A stretch of 64,000 nucleotides of DNA from Eledone cirrhosa (Eukaryota): positions 172,732,001-172,796,000 of the forward strand of contig OZ024743.1 of the NCBI GenBank assembly GCA_964016885.1. Direction: 5' to 3'. Of this stretch, positions 1 to 13,781 are shown piece after piece; within the stretch, counting starts at the first letter, position 1; each line of letters begins with the position of its first letter. The position numbers and the translations under genes are program-made. The notes beneath the pieces were generated by a model. The model saw nothing but the letters and a program-made list of their open reading frames with translations. It was not told where the DNA came from and made no database searches.

Positions 1-1430
1 CTGATATCTCAATGAGAGGAAATGGTTGTATGGAACAATCCAACGATTATCAACAGTAAATTCTTGACCTTTAAATTGGATGGTGTGACCACCATGCTGT
101 CTATCTCTCCTTATATACTCCGGAAAGGAATTTTCGGCAACAAATGTGGTTTGTCTGAATGCCTTAGGATAACCTTTTGAGCAATGGCGTTGTTGTCCTA
201 GCCCTTCCATACATGAACGCATATTAGCTTGTCCACATGGGTCATAAATTAAATGTTGTAGGATGTGATGATCTTATGCAGAACTGGATTGGTCTCTTTA
301 TCAGGAATTTCACAGTACACTACATGGTCAATGTCATCAGCAGTTTTGGGCTTGTTATCTTCTGCCATTTTCAGCTGAATATGAGCATGGTGAGGCTTCG
401 TTTCTGCCACTCTATTGTAGCAGATGAGCCACAACTTTTCCTAGGACATTTCTTTTCAGTATGTCATCCATGATGCTGTCATACTTGATCTTGAAAACTC
501 GGGCACAAATATCAAGATGGTCCCTAAGTTCTTCACTAAGGTGCAGACTATTTTTTATTTCAGCCCAGTTAGGGTTAGTTGTTACTGTGATGAAATAAGA
601 TGGCTTTCCCATATGTCAAACCATAGTCATCGAATTCTGGAAGCACTCACTGTAGAAGCGAGGGGAACCATAGATTAAAGGAAGAAGAACCATTCTCCGG
701 CCTGCATTTACTGAATCTCCTTCAGCCACAGCATCATACAAACCCTCATACTTTTCAGCTTGTATCATTGTTTGATTGTTGTGGGCCCATTTGAGGCAAC
801 AATGTTTTATTTTTGCCTGGGCATCTATCGCATATTGCTGCATCAGCCGCCTGCTCTTCATGATAATGTTACAGTCACCTTGCCTAACCTGAAACCGATA
901 ACAGTAGAAATCAGTGGGTCTGAGCGTGTGGTTGTTGTCAATCCTATTCAAACCAACCTGAAACCCATCATTCCCCCAAGGAAACAGTAGCACATAATGC
1001 AGAGGATCATAAGAATAATGCAACTGATGAATCCTCTGAAGACGACCATCTCTTTTATGAATGATGACATCCAAGAGACCTAACGCTGTATCAGGTTGAA
1101 TAACAGCAATCTCAGATGCCATGAGAAGATTATATGTGTGACAATGAAAATCAGTGGGGTTTACTTTGTCAGCATGTAGGACAATATTCACATTTTCAGA
1201 GACTAGCATTTCAATGACTGCCTTGAAGCTTCTTATATAGGTGTTGCAGTTGTGGAAGTCATCTTGCAGGTTTTGCAGGACAACAGCATCTAAATTAGCA
1301 TGATGCAAGCGATTCTGAAGCTCATGATCTGTATCATAGAAGTAAAGCTGCGCAAACTTGGGTGAAGCATCATTTGGAAGTAGTGATCCAATAAATGTGG
1401 GACTCTTTGCAACCAATTGAAGCTAAGGCA
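1..1430 (-). mobile_element. Helitron RepHel N-terminal/Rep fragment (frameshifted)
   Basis: ORFs 616-1416, 412-612 and 249-434 give SPKFAQLYFYD, YDPLHYVLLFPWG, GSPR, GKPSYFITVTTNPNW and a frameshifted EWQKR..HAHI HUH motif. Confidence 0.9.
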
Positions 1431-2683
1431 AGCACATTGTTATATGCAGCAATGGGAAATATAAACATTATGAAAGAACGATGGAAATATATGAACGTTT
1501 ATATATATAATGATATATAAGCGATGTGATAAAGTGATGTGATAAAATTATAGCATACATATTACCACTTAAGAATGTGTGAATGTATATTTTTGTAAGT
1601 GGTTATATTTATATAGTTATATTTATATAGTCATACATATAAATGTATGATCGCTGCTATTTCTTACATTAGACATAAACAGAGAGGAGTAGTATGAGGT
1701 AGTCATAACAACAGTGGTAGCAGTACAATGCGCAGCTGCCGAATGAAATCTTTTCTCAAGCCAAATCTCTGCATTTGCTCTATCTCTCTTTCATGTTTGC
1801 AGGCTCTGTACACATCATATCTCCACACAGATATCAAGAAGTGTAGAAACTTTGCATATTTTCACTCGTTATAATTCTGTAACACAAACACCTTGGAGTT
1901 CATTATATTGCTGATTCAAGTTATAATTATTCTTGTTAACACAAATTGAGGAATAAGTTTTTATTCAATAAATGCCTTCATTTTTCTCTTTTCACTTTTC
2001 CTCACTATCAAAATTGATAGCGTATAAATGAAATTTTGATGAAGACTTAAAACATGCTAACCTTGTGTTCTTGGGTATAACACAATTTATCCATATCAAC
2101 TTCACTTCAACCAAATCCTCATAATAACTCATATTGAATCACACATATACATATATTCAATCTAACAACCATATATGTCTTCTCTCACATCATATTCATT
2201 GAAACACACATATATATGTGAGATGAAATTTTACTTTTAGCTTGATCAACAAGCATGATGAGCAGATTGATGCTGGAATCGAGCCTATAACACAAATATG
2301 GACCTTGTGCCAATCATTTGTGAAACATGCGTAACTGGTCAATAATCAATAAAAACATTCACATGAGACTCCAACATGTGCTTTTTCAAAAAAAAAAAAA
2401 AAAAAAAATTTCCTGTTCTGTCCTCTTCTCACTTTCTATCTTTTATTCTTTTATTTCTCATTCTATCTTCTGATGACTAGTGTCTGAAATGCTAACACTT
2501 TTTTCCTACTATATCATATATTCTTTTCTTGGTTTCAGTCATTTGATTGTAGCCATGCTGGTGCACCAACTTCAAATCAATCTTATCAACACGACTTATT
2601 TTCTCATGCCTGGTACTTATTTTATCTATATCTTTTTGTTGAACTGTTGTGTTACGGGACAAAATAACATGTAGACGCACACG

Positions 2684-2876
2684 CACCAGTAATGTACTGG
2701 GCTTGTGCCAAAAGTAGAAACAATTATAATTGTTTCTACTTTATTTTATCGACCCCGTAAGGATGAAAGGCAAAGTTAACCTCGGCGGGATTTGAACTCA
2801 GACCGTAAAGAGACGTATCTATGCTGGAAAGCATGGCGTCCGACTCTCTACCAATACTGCCAATTCACCGCCTGTA
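2684..2876 (-). mobile_element. tRNA-derived SINE (family 1), rearranged copy
   Basis: Minus strand has an A-box-like TGGCAGTATTGG, B box GTTCAAATCC and the body GCCTTTCATCCTTACGGGGTCGATAAAATAAAGTA. Sister copies lie at 28425-28555 and 41461-41650. Confidence 0.8.
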
Positions 2877-3259
2877 GAAACAATTATAATAAAACACTAT
2901 CATGTGACAGCCAATTTGTCTGGGAAGTGGTAATGAGAGCCTGTACTTTAATGTCTTCCTCGCTTCCTTTCTTTCATACACATATATCATGAGAGCAAAC
3001 AATATACAGTAAGTGCTCACCTTACAAACATCCTACTTACGAACTTCTGCAGATACGAAGTCTCACGAAGAAAAAAAAAATTGTTTTATTGTTTTCTTTG
3101 GGATAGGTTCGTTTTTGTGGGCTCTTTCAGGCCCTGGATACCTTCTTTTGCAGCATAAAAACAAACTGAAATCGTACTTATGGCATGGGATACCATTTGG
3201 TTTTAGCAGAATTCAAAAAGTACTTTTTTTCTTTAACAAAATTACATATTATATATACT

Positions 3260-3291
<32 letters not shown>

Positions 3292-3737
3292 AATGAAAGG
3301 TACAGAAAACATTGTAGCAAAAAGCCAACAGTATTCCATAATATATAAATGACTATAGCGTCAAAATGTGAAAAATAGTTAACGTAAGATGTGGGAAAAA
3401 TAATTCAAACTCATCTCAAAGAGAATCAGGATATAGATTCATCCACAGAATTTAGTGAAATCCAGGGAAAAATCAATAGAGCCTTAACTCATGGTAAAAT
3501 AAAGTTTAAAATACTCATCCTTCAATTTGGAAAAACTTCAAATGCTCTGTATAGTCCTAAAGACTATTTCACGAAAACTTTCAGTGGAGATGGTCACGGT
3601 TGGAATTAGATCCTCAGCAGAGCTCAACTCGATACCCAAAATTCTCACAGATTAATATGCCAAAAAGGGAATTTAAAACAGGCTAGTTCACCATCATGCG
3701 TGATTATGAAAAATAAAACGCACATGAGGAAAGACAG

Positions 3738-3781
<44 letters not shown>

Positions 3782-3873
3782 AAGTAATTCCGTCGGAAAA
3801 GTCCAGGAAAAAAGAGTGCTCTATGTAGGTAACAGAGCTTAATAGTTATGTAATAAACAACATAAGGCAATTA

Positions 3874-3933
3874 TTCCATTTACCAGTGGTTTCTTAAAAG
3901 CAAAAAATTTTGCTTTCAATCCTCAGAATGAAA
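3874..3933 (-). ncRNA. Minimal type-I hammerhead ribozyme in a Penelope-like pseudo-LTR
   Basis: Minus strand reads UUUCAUU-CUGAGGA-[UUGAAAGCAAAA..UUUUGCUUUUAA]-GAAA-CCACUGG-UA-AAUGGAA. Stem I (7 bp) and stem II pair, and the predicted cleavage triplet is GUA. Confidence 0.85.
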
Positions 3934-4000
3934 AAATCCTGGTCTGTTTATTGAATTTGGATTTTAAAATCCAAATTCAATAAACAGACCAGGATTTTTT
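3931..4000. repeat. Perfect 70-bp spacer-less palindrome abutting the hammerhead
   Basis: The two 35-bp arms are exact reverse complements centred on TTTT|AAAA. Confidence 0.95.
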
Positions 4001-4129
4001 AATAGAAACAAATAAATACATTATATGTGCGTGGTTTTGTATACCCATGGTAAGGTTTTGCGTATACTTGTGTATGTACGTATCTGTTTGCGTGTATGTA
4101 TTTATTTGTTTCTATTACTTCTGTATTGT

Positions 4130-4905
4130 ATTTATTTACTTTGTTCTTAACTCTGTAGCCGAGATTCATTTGGTCTCCTAGTTAGAATTTTAGTCTACGA
4201 TTTCTGCTATACCATTTACGTGGTTTTGTCTTTTCATGCTATTGTTCTCCACGCTCCACATATGACTTATTATCTTCGTTTTTTCATTCATTGCCAGAGA
4301 ATGTCTCTATGCACCACCTAAGAGAACATTAGTCTACGACCTCTTTTATACCATAAACGTGGTTTTGTCTTTGCGCGTAATTGTTTTTCACCGTTCCTAT
4401 TAATGACGTATTATTCGTTTTTTCCCGTTCTTTGCCAGCGAACGTTACCACGAACCAAAGTATCGTCTTCCTGTATTCCTCCAGTTGCAACGTTTTTTTA
4501 AATATCCAGTTCTGCATTTACAGATTGACTTTGTTAGTTTCAGAAGATCCCGTTAAGGGTGAAAGCAGCGATTCTTTGCTTAAACTTTAATCTGTTATTT
4601 TAATAAATATTTGCTCTACGGTTCTTATATATTTGATATATATTTTCCTTATCGAGCCCTCTTTGGATTTTAGTCTTCAATTTTATTATTATTACTATAT
4701 ATATATATATATATATACATATACAATATATTAACAAATAGAAATTATATTTATAAAACCATTTTATTATACATATTTCAAGGGCCACTTGATTATATGT
4801 ATAATAAAATAAATATGGTTTTATAAATATAGTTTCCATATTGTATATTTACTCCACTAATCAGTTGAGTGCTTTATATCAGTTATAAAAATTAAATATA
4901 ACCTC

Positions 4906-4908
<3 letters not shown>
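4130..4908 (+). mobile_element. Penelope-like element 3'UTR/pLTR remnant
   Basis: Reverse-complement homology to 25490-25960 (downstream of the GIY-YIG ORF at 26.6-27.0 kb) and to 48640-49020. It ends in the same terminal sequence as the hammerhead-bearing repeats at 8.5-8.7, 12.1-12.25 and 62.1-62.25 kb. Confidence 0.6.
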
Positions 4909-4959
<51 letters not shown>

Positions 4960-4960
<1 letters not shown>

Positions 4961-7900
4961 TAGCAGTTTAGGCCGGCGTTGCTTGGGTTTGCTCATTTCC
5001 TATGAAAAGTTACATACAGGTAAACGTGGCTTGAAAGCGAATAAGCTTATCAATTAAGTGCATAAAGCAGTTGAACCAGTTATTAAAAGTTACGAGCCAA
5101 TTAGCATTTTGGACAATCAATGATGGGTTAATAATCTTCCAATAGCGAATTTAGTAGACCAAAGTTGCAAGATGGTGGCCCTGATGCCGCTGGGTGTCAG
5201 ATCTGTCCGCCATGGGTGACCCTACCAGGAAATAGTTTTCCAGACAGCATAGCTCCAACACCTGCACCAACATCTATAGCACCTCTTTGTAGACGATATT
5301 GCGTGTCATCGCTTGAGGAGTGTAAGCAAAAAATCCATTCCTGCTCCTTACGCGGAACAGGCAACATAAAGTTGGCCATGGGAGAAGCATGGCTCCCCCA
5401 AATGGATGCCCGCCACCGACAATGTTTGCCCTTGTGACTTGTTAATGGACATGGCAAAACATGGTCTCACCGCGAATTGGGATCGCCGGAAATCGAATGG
5501 GATATCTGACGCCGAGGGGAAAAGGTTCATCCTTGGAATGAAAACATTATCCCCTCTCCCGCACCCCGTTACAATGGTGGCCTCAATCAAGTGGGGCGTC
5601 AGTGACTTGACGACCATGCGAGTACCGTTGCACTTCTTTGGTGGACGCAAGCTCCTTATTTGCATAATGGGACAGCCAACTCTAAGCTTAATGTGAGGTG
5701 GGAGCCCTGGGGGCTCAAGGGAATTTAATAACTCAACCGGATAATTAACGATATTGTCGGGGTCTGACGCCTGGTCGATAGATTTGAAGATGTGCTCTTT
5801 ACCGGGAATCTTCTCAATCAGCTGCTCGTTAATAAAATTAACCATGGTATTTTTCGGAGCAAGGATGGCTCTTTCACTGAGCCAATCGAGGTTTTTAAAG
5901 TTAGATGAAGGTCAGAAGGGCTGCTCACAGGGAATCGATTGCTATATTGCCCTTGTAGTCGGCAGGGACCTTGCCCTCACCAAGTGCTAAAATGTTCTGA
6001 GCAAATGCTGCAGACATGTTGTCACCATGCGAATGAGCATGCATATTTGTGCTCAGGTACAAACTCTTCACCTGGAGCCACAACATGGACGACTTAAGGC
6101 AGGCACGCACTTCATCAGCTCTTGTCCCTTTGGGGATGAGAGGCAGCATTTGCCGAAAATCCCCTGATAGCAGAAGGGTTACACCACCCATAGGAGCCGT
6201 ATAATCCCTAATGTCTTTCAGGGTTCTGTCCAATGCCTCAAGGGCACCTTTGTGTGCCATTATGCACTCATCCCAAACAATGAGGCAACATTTTTTGAGA
6301 ACCAGAGCTTCGTGTGAACTCTTGCTGATATTGCATGTTGGTGTCTCAGTTTTTACTAAATCCAAGAGGAGTTTAAAGGTTGAATGTGCTGTCCTGCCTC
6401 CCGGCAGCAAAGTAGCAGCGATCCCGGACGATGCACTGGCCAACGCAATTTTTTTCTCCTGACGAATCTTAGCGAGAATCAATTTCGTTACAGAAGATTT
6501 TCTGGTATCCCCAGGAGCATCGAGAAAGTAAATACCCCCAGTCTGATTTTGAACTGCGTCAATGATAGTTAAATAGGCCAACCTTTGATCCAACAGAAGT
6601 TTGGGCTCATTTTCCTCTAAGTATTGGGAAAGAGATTCGATGTCATATGCTGTTTCCCGCAACAAATCCGGGGCCAACGTGTTAGCTTCCTCTCTGACGG
6701 TTGACAGCAAGCCATATGTCGCCAACTCACTCCCACCCATGTCGAGGAGGGCGTCCTCGATATCAATGAGTGCCCTGTTGTAGATAATGTCACTGTAATC
6801 AACTTCCACTGAAGGATACGGCAGATGAACCAGGCGTAGGAAGTCCTCAGACATGAAGTCTCTGTACTTGACCCATAAAGATTTGGGATCACCCAATTCA
6901 CACTTTTGAAGCAAAATGGCAAAGAGTTCCCGTAGACCTTTAGGTGATTTCAACAAAGCACCCTCTGCTAAAGTGGATTCCCATTGCGAATCATCTTCCA
7001 AAAGACCACGCTTAAAGCAGGCTTCCCGGTACGTATCACATATTTCTCCATCAACAGTTTTGAGGTCCTGAAAACTTTGTGGGCCTACAACTTCATGCAG
7101 AAGAAGGCGGAGATGAAAGCATTCATGCTGACTTGGGGGCACAGTGTAAACCCTTCCAAGACAGCTGTCAAATTTTACACCAGGATGTCTTTCAACAGCC
7201 TGACCTGACTTTCTTCGCACCCAAGTGTTTTTTGACCATATAAAGCAGGATGAAACCTGGGGGTACACAATTGTTTGCGCAAATGTATCGAACTGGTAAA
7301 GTTTGAAGAAATCCGTCAGAGTGATCTCTTTCGGATCGGCGGCCAACTTGGCAGCGGTTTGGTCCGTAAAGTAAACCCTTTGCCCATTTTCCAAATGTAC
7401 CACAAGCTGTACGATGGCGGGGTGCTGTTGGTGTAGGGGTAAACCAAAAAAGCTTCATTGCTATTGATGTACCGCCCTGCCAGGTATTCTGTGACCTCGT
7501 CCCTGCTATTTTCAGCTTTCAAGCGAACATTGCGGCATCAGAGCCCTTATTTACATATTTGCATATGTATTTTATCGACTTGACGGAGTTGCAAAACTCA
7601 ACGTTGATGTGGGAGTTGAACATCTTCAAGAGAAGCGGGAAGTAAGGGACCACCCATCTATTGTCGACTTGAGCCCCCTTTACTGTTGTGGTGAAGCCAC
7701 CATTCTCGAGCCGTCTCCGCCTGTACAGGGGGTACCCTTCGCCACCAGTCTGAGTCTAGTCAACAAATTTTTTGGGGTATCCCTTACTGCACGACCCCTC
7801 CTTTCAGACACGTGTGATGCTCATTAGGACCCGACGCACACGGACCATGAATCATGTTAGCTTTGATGATGTCATGTAATTCCTGGTCAGTTGCTGGGTT

Positions 7901-8510
7901 AGGGATTTCAGCCGAAATGAAGCTGTCTATGGCATTTGAATTGATTTTATCAGCTCACCAAATCAAAATGTGAGCATGTGGCAGCCCTCGTTTTTGCCAT
8001 TCGACGGTGAACATGTCACATTTTACAGCCCCAAATACCTGACCCTTTTTGATTAAAGCCATGAGTTTAGCCAGTTTCAATCTGAATACTCTGGCAATGA
8101 GGTTGTGTCTGTTCGAATAATTTTGCCCAGAAAAAATTCACGGGTTACATTCTGATTCATATGTCTATAGCATTAATCTGTTATATGAAGTGTTATTTTG
8201 CGGGTTATTTGCAATAAGCCGATTGAAAATGCCCCAGATAAGCCGTATGTCAATACAGAACGCTCCACTGTAGTGTTGTCATATAGGGAGTGAAGAGCGA
8301 CAGAGAGAGTAAAGCAGTTAAATTATAGAGAGAGGGAATGATCATGATCGATTTTTGCCCTTATTGTTGATGGATTTGAAATTTGTTTGCCTCATGACCT
8401 TTTCCTGACCAAAAGCAATAATTGTTCCGATTTTGAATAGAACCCGTTGGAAATTGTGGACATGAATCCGTTACAAACCTTAACACACACATCCTCAGAT
8501 TTATATATAT
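4960..8510 (-). mobile_element. Helitron, internally deleted, with Rep (HUH) and PIF1 helicase; both ends apparently present
   Basis: EWQKRGLPHAHIL near 7965-8005; helicase motifs LPGGRTAHSTFK, IVWDE, GDFRQ, CNGTR, FAMSINKSQGQT, HGQLYVA. The 3' end has a GC hairpin then CTAG|T at 4960-4963 on the minus strand. The 5' end merges into (TA)n. Confidence 0.92.
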
Positions 8511-8649
8511 ATATATATGTAAAGTTATATTTAAAATTGTTGGGTTACAACTAGTAAATATTTATAACTGATATAAAAGCACTCGACAAATATTTGAAGT
8601 ATATTTACAATATTAAATAAATGGAAAACTATATTTATAAAACCATATT

Positions 8650-8715
8650 TATTTCATTATATATATTTCGGGGATATCATATTAACAATATGCTATGCCT
8701 TCATCAGACAAAATA
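8650..8715 (-). ncRNA. Minimal type-I hammerhead ribozyme (pLTR repeat about 8520-8740)
   Basis: UAUUUUGU-CUGAUGA-stem II-GAAA-UAUAUA-UA-AUGAAAUA. A near-identical copy lies at 62184-62249. Confidence 0.8.
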
Positions 8716-9064
8716 CAATATAAACAGTTTTATAGATAAATATATTCGACATACCGTAATAAACATCAACTTCATTTGAAGAGGTTTACGCTAGCAGTGA
8801 AAATACAGAGAGAAAGAAAGAGAGAAAGAAAAGAGGGAAAAAAGAAAGAAAGACAAAACGAAGAAAAGGAAGAAAAAGAAAAAGAAGAAATGCATGGAAC
8901 AAAATAGAGAGATGGAAAAATAGATAAAGCGAAGAGCTTCATGTAAAGAGACAGAAAGAGATATATATATATAGAGAGAGAGGAAATAGAGATAGATACA
9001 TATATATATAGAGAGAAAATTAGGTAGTGGGAGGTCATTTTGAGTAAGTGTATCAATGATACAT

Positions 9065-9099
<35 letters not shown>

Positions 9100-9915
9100 G
9101 CTCAAGTATTAATGTAAGGGAGAGAGATATAGAGATATAGAGAGAGAATATGGCAATATATTGTCAATATATGAATATGGCAATATATTGTCAATTAACT
9201 TTGAAGGTTTATTTTTATTTTCATTTTTATTTTTATTTTTATTTTTATTTTTATTTTTATTTTTATTTTTATTTTTATTTTTATTCTTTTAGTATTGTAG
9301 TATTCTATAATATTTTTATTTTTTATTTTATTTTTAATATTTTTATATGTAAATTTTTAATACGTAATATTTTTTAATACGTAGTATTTTTAATATGCAA
9401 TATTTTTATTATATAATATTCTTTCGTAATATTTTTTTAGTTTTCTATTCTATATTTTTATATATTTTTACTTATTATTATTATTATTGTTATCTTTGTT
9501 TATAATATAATATATATTTTCGATTAGTATATTGAAATCTGCTCTCTATTTCTGCTTGATAGATAATCTTGTAGAGTAATCGCAAGAATAATAATACGCT
9601 CAAATTTTTATACCACATTGAGAATGTTTTCCGGTAACCTAGAGTTTGCGGAGTGAATCAGTTGGATTCACATTGATGTTTGTAGCTGTCACATAAACAT
9701 ATGAATTTTTTAAAACTAAACATAAGATAATGAATTTTCACACATTGTGAATACTTGTTTCATTCAGGAATACTGATATTTACAATATAGTGTAAGTTTT
9801 ATAAATACTAATACATTAAAACATAGGGTTTTCTACGCCTCGAATATGTCTGGCTATTTTTTTTTTTTTTTTTTTTTTTCTCTCTCTATATCTCTCTATA
9901 TCTCTCTCTCTCTAT

Positions 9916-10007
<92 letters not shown>

Positions 10008-10336
10008 TATATGTGGCGAAGGGTAACCTGGAAAGTAGAGCATGCAGTCCAATCGCCATGGCAGAAAGTGGGGCTGTGCAGACCCCCCCCCCCAATTCTC
10101 TCTAAATGACCCTCCCATTCAAAGCCGGATGTAGTGTTATCTAGTGTGTGTCTACCTTTAGTAATCAGTCAAAATTCTGCTTGCCCCTGTGTGTGTGTGT
10201 GTGCATGTGTGTTATCTTTTTTTGTGTCTATACGTTTTAGTAAGCAGCCAAAATGCTTGCTTCAACCGATGCAATTGATCAACTCGAGATTCTATAACGC
10301 ATGCACGGACCCTTCGCCCCTGATATATATATATAT

Positions 10337-10395
<59 letters not shown>

Positions 10396-10479
10396 AAGAT
10401 ATATATATATCCAACACAGTTTTTATATAATAATAATGTTTGCTTTACATCATAGAGCAAAGGCTCTCCACTCTCCAGG

Positions 10480-12055
10480 CCCAGAAACAAGGAAGGTGTC
10501 CACTATTTCTATAGAACCATCTGGGCAATGGAATGAGCTAGTATTCTGTGGGCATTTGCTGCTACTTATTGCACCAGAGCACCGGCCACATATAAAATCT
10601 ATATTCTTAGTTAGCTTACCTGTGATCCCACTACATCTTTTATGCACCCATACTTTGCATTTGGGACATAAAATGGAGTTTCTGCCTACTCCTTTCCTAC
10701 ACACTGAGCATGGTCATTTCCCAGATGGGACCAGTGCCCTATTCTCCTTCCTACATATTAGGACTTTAGTCTTAGACAAGTTAACTTTAAGGCCTTTTGA
10801 TTCTAGGCCATGCTTCCATGTTTGGAATTTCTTCTCTAGTTCAGCCATTGATTCGGCTATGAGCGTTAGATCATCTGCGTATAGAAGTTCCCATGGGCAG
10901 CCGGTCTTGAACTCCTCCGTTATAGCTTGGAAGGCGATAATAAATAGGAGGGGGCTAAACTCTTCACTATATTCGTTGTTAATTCTAACCTTGCTGACTG
11001 TTTCTTTATACATGGCTTGTATAGCTCTCACAAGCCATTCATCTACACCTAGTTTTCTAAGAGCCCACCAGATAATGGAGCGGGGGACTGTCAAAGGCTT
11101 TCTCCAGGTCTACAAAAGCTAAGTATAGGGGTTTACTTTTAGCTAGGTACTTCTCCTGTAGTTGTCGTACAATGAAAAGAGCGTCTGTGGTACTTTTACT
11201 TGACACAAACCCGAACTGCATTTCATCTAGATTAATTCGCTCTCTGATTAGTTGCGCTATTACTTTTTCTGTGACCTCCATGACCTGGTCAATTAATTTA
11301 ATGCCTCTATAGTTTCCCCTATCTAGGGCGTCTCCTTTACCCTTGTAACAGTTGATGATGCTGCTACGCCAGTCCTTTGGTATGACCCCATTCTGTATAA
11401 CTTGGTTTACTATCCCGGTGACCATAGTGTGTCCCACCATTCCAGATGCTTTCAGCATTTCAGCAACTATTTTCGAAGGCCCAGCCGCCTTGCCCGTCTT
11501 CATATCTTTGATTGCCTTACTTATTATACTACCTTCAACTTGAACTGCTGGTCCCTCTATTGGATTGATGTGGGGGAGGCTGTCTTTCTCCCATTTATTC
11601 TCCTCATTTAGTAGCCTTTCGTAGTGACACTTCCAAGCTACCTTCTTATCAGCGTCAGTGATGGCCAGTACGCCATCATCATTACGAACACACTTCTCCC
11701 CGACAATATCACGGTTCTCCTTGACACATTGTCTAGCAATCCTGAACACCTCACGTTTTTGGTCCTCGCGTTGTAGAACATGCTTTAACTTTCTTTCCTC
11801 TGCTTCTTTTTTTACAAAGTACACTTGTCTCCTAGCTTCCCTCCTGGCTACTTGATAGTCTTCTCTACTTCCCCAATCCCGCCATACTTTCCAAGCCTGC
11901 TTTTTGGCCTTGATCGACTACTCCACCTTACTGTTCCACCACCAAGTTACTCTCCTCCTGCCTATAGGTCTGCTCCAGCCACAGATTTCATCTGTCGTCT
12001 TCAGCAGGTTAGCTTTCAGGAATCCCACTGTTCCTCTATATTGTACGACTATCCA
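10480..12055 (-). mobile_element. RTE-clade LINE fragment (RT, family A), truncated at both ends
   Basis: KGKGDALDRGNYRGIKL, FVDLEKAFD, LLYADD, CPKCKVWVHKRCSG; several frameshifts. Confidence 0.92.
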
Positions 12056-12146
12056 AGATATATATATATATCTATATATCCAAGAAAAACTTGAACTGTT
12101 AAGGTATCTTTTCTTGGTTATGTCAAAATTCATAAAACAAACTTTG

Positions 12147-12207
12147 TATTTTATCTGATGAAAGCGTACCAAAGTTTTGGTACCCTTGAAATATATATAA
12201 TAGAATA
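12147..12207 (+). ncRNA. Minimal type-I hammerhead ribozyme
   Basis: UAUUUUAU-CUGAUGA-AAGCGUACCAAAGUUUUGGUACCCUU-GAAA-UAUAUA-UA-AUAGAAUA; the 8-bp stem I and stem II pair. Confidence 0.85.
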
Positions 12208-12370
12208 AATATGGTTTTATAAATATAGTTTCCATTTATTAAATATCATTGTATATATATATATATATATATAAATGAAGTATTTCTGTAGGAAAGGTAA
12301 AGGAAAAGAGAGTGCTCTATGTAGGCTACAGAGCTTTTTAGTTATGTTATAAACAACATAAGATAATTAT

Positions 12371-12432
12371 TTCATTTACCAGTGGTTTCTTGAGGAGAGA
12401 TATTTATATCTGTCTTCAGTCATCAGAAAGAA
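12371..12432 (-). ncRNA. Minimal hammerhead ribozyme (same pLTR family as 3874-3933)
   Basis: UUCUUU-CUGAUGA-stem II-GAAA-CCACUGG-UA-AAUGAA. Flank 12275-12390 is homologous to 3778-3893. Confidence 0.75.
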
Positions 12433-12637
12433 TAGTAAGGAAATTCCTTACTATTCTTTCTGATGACTGAAGACAGCTTCTCGCAACCAATTACTTACTT
12501 CCCTGCTAATGAAATAATTATCTTATGTTGTTTATTACATAACTATATATATATATATATATCATCATCATGATATATATATATATATATTGGAAACGTA
12601 AACAACAACAAGAAGGAGTACAGTTACGAAAGGTGTT

Positions 12638-12684
<47 letters not shown>

Positions 12685-12724
12685 AACACCTTTTCCAATA
12701 TATCATGATGATGATGATATATAA

Positions 12725-12795
<71 letters not shown>

Positions 12796-12905
12796 AATAT
12801 ATAATATATATATATATATATATATTCGAAAAGTAAACAACAAGAAGGAGTACAGTTACGAAAGGTGTTAGGTATTAGGTTCACACTTGAGAGTGGGGGC
12901 TGGGG

Positions 12906-12933
12906 GACGTTTCGGGCATAAGCTCTTCATCAG
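12906..12933 (-). ncRNA. Hammerhead core, probably degenerate
   Basis: CUGAUGA-AGAGCUUAUGCCC-GAAA-CG-UC core is present, but no convincing stem I. Confidence 0.45.
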
Positions 12934-13781
12934 GAGAAAGGTGGGAAGGAGAGGAGTTCTGAGAGGGTGTGAAGGGGGAGTGGTGGAAAACATTAAAATA
13001 ACAGGAAATAAATTAAAATGAAGTGAAAAAAATAAAAATAAAACGAGTGGGACAATAAGTTGAAAACAAGTGGTGAAAGGGTGTGAGGCGTGTAGGTGGT
13101 GGTGGATGGAAGGGGAGGGAGAGGGGAGGGAGAGGGGAGAAGGAAATTGGGGGTCCGAGTGGGGAGGGCGGAAGGTGATGTGTGTAGCTGTACGTGTGTG
13201 TGTATGCGTGGATGTGAGTGTGAGAGTTTGGGGGAGAACTGGGTTCCATGCTCAGGTATTAGGAAAACCAGTGTGTACATGGGGTGGGGTGTAAGTCTGT
13301 GTGTGTGTGAATGGAGAGGGGTTGGAAGGTGTGGTGGAAAGGGAGCATGTGGAGTCCGGAAGAAGAGTGGGTGTATGTGAGGATATGGACGTGTGTGTGT
13401 TTTTGTGTTCCTGAATGTTTTTTCGGTGAGTGTGTGGACAGATGGGTATAATCTCGTAGATATTCTGAGAGTGTGACCAAAGGTGTCAAGTTGGGGACTT
13501 ACTGTATATGTATATGTGTGTGCATGCAGATGTGAGTGTGTATCTGGATCTTTCTTTATAACAACAACAAAGACCCTCTAGATAGCCAGTGTTATTACAA
13601 CAGCTATCCCCCTATGTATCTAGCTATCTTCAGACAAAAACATCCCTTGCTCATATATATATATATAATAGTAGAACACTGGAGGGTTATATCTGTAGTA
13701 GTAGTAGAACACTCAGTCCATGGGACGAGTTTGGTAGAAATAGTTCCACAACAGTTAGTACACAAGGACTCATGCCTCCCT

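Noticed and set aside
5348-7403. Host PIF1 helicase gene
   Set aside because: It is intronless, frameshifted, linked to a Rep HUH motif and bounded by a Helitron 3' end.
9846-10430. YIYIYI-type ORFs (also at 12.5, 48.4, 52.4 and 60.6 kb)
   Set aside because: These are translations of (TA)n and (TG)n tracts.
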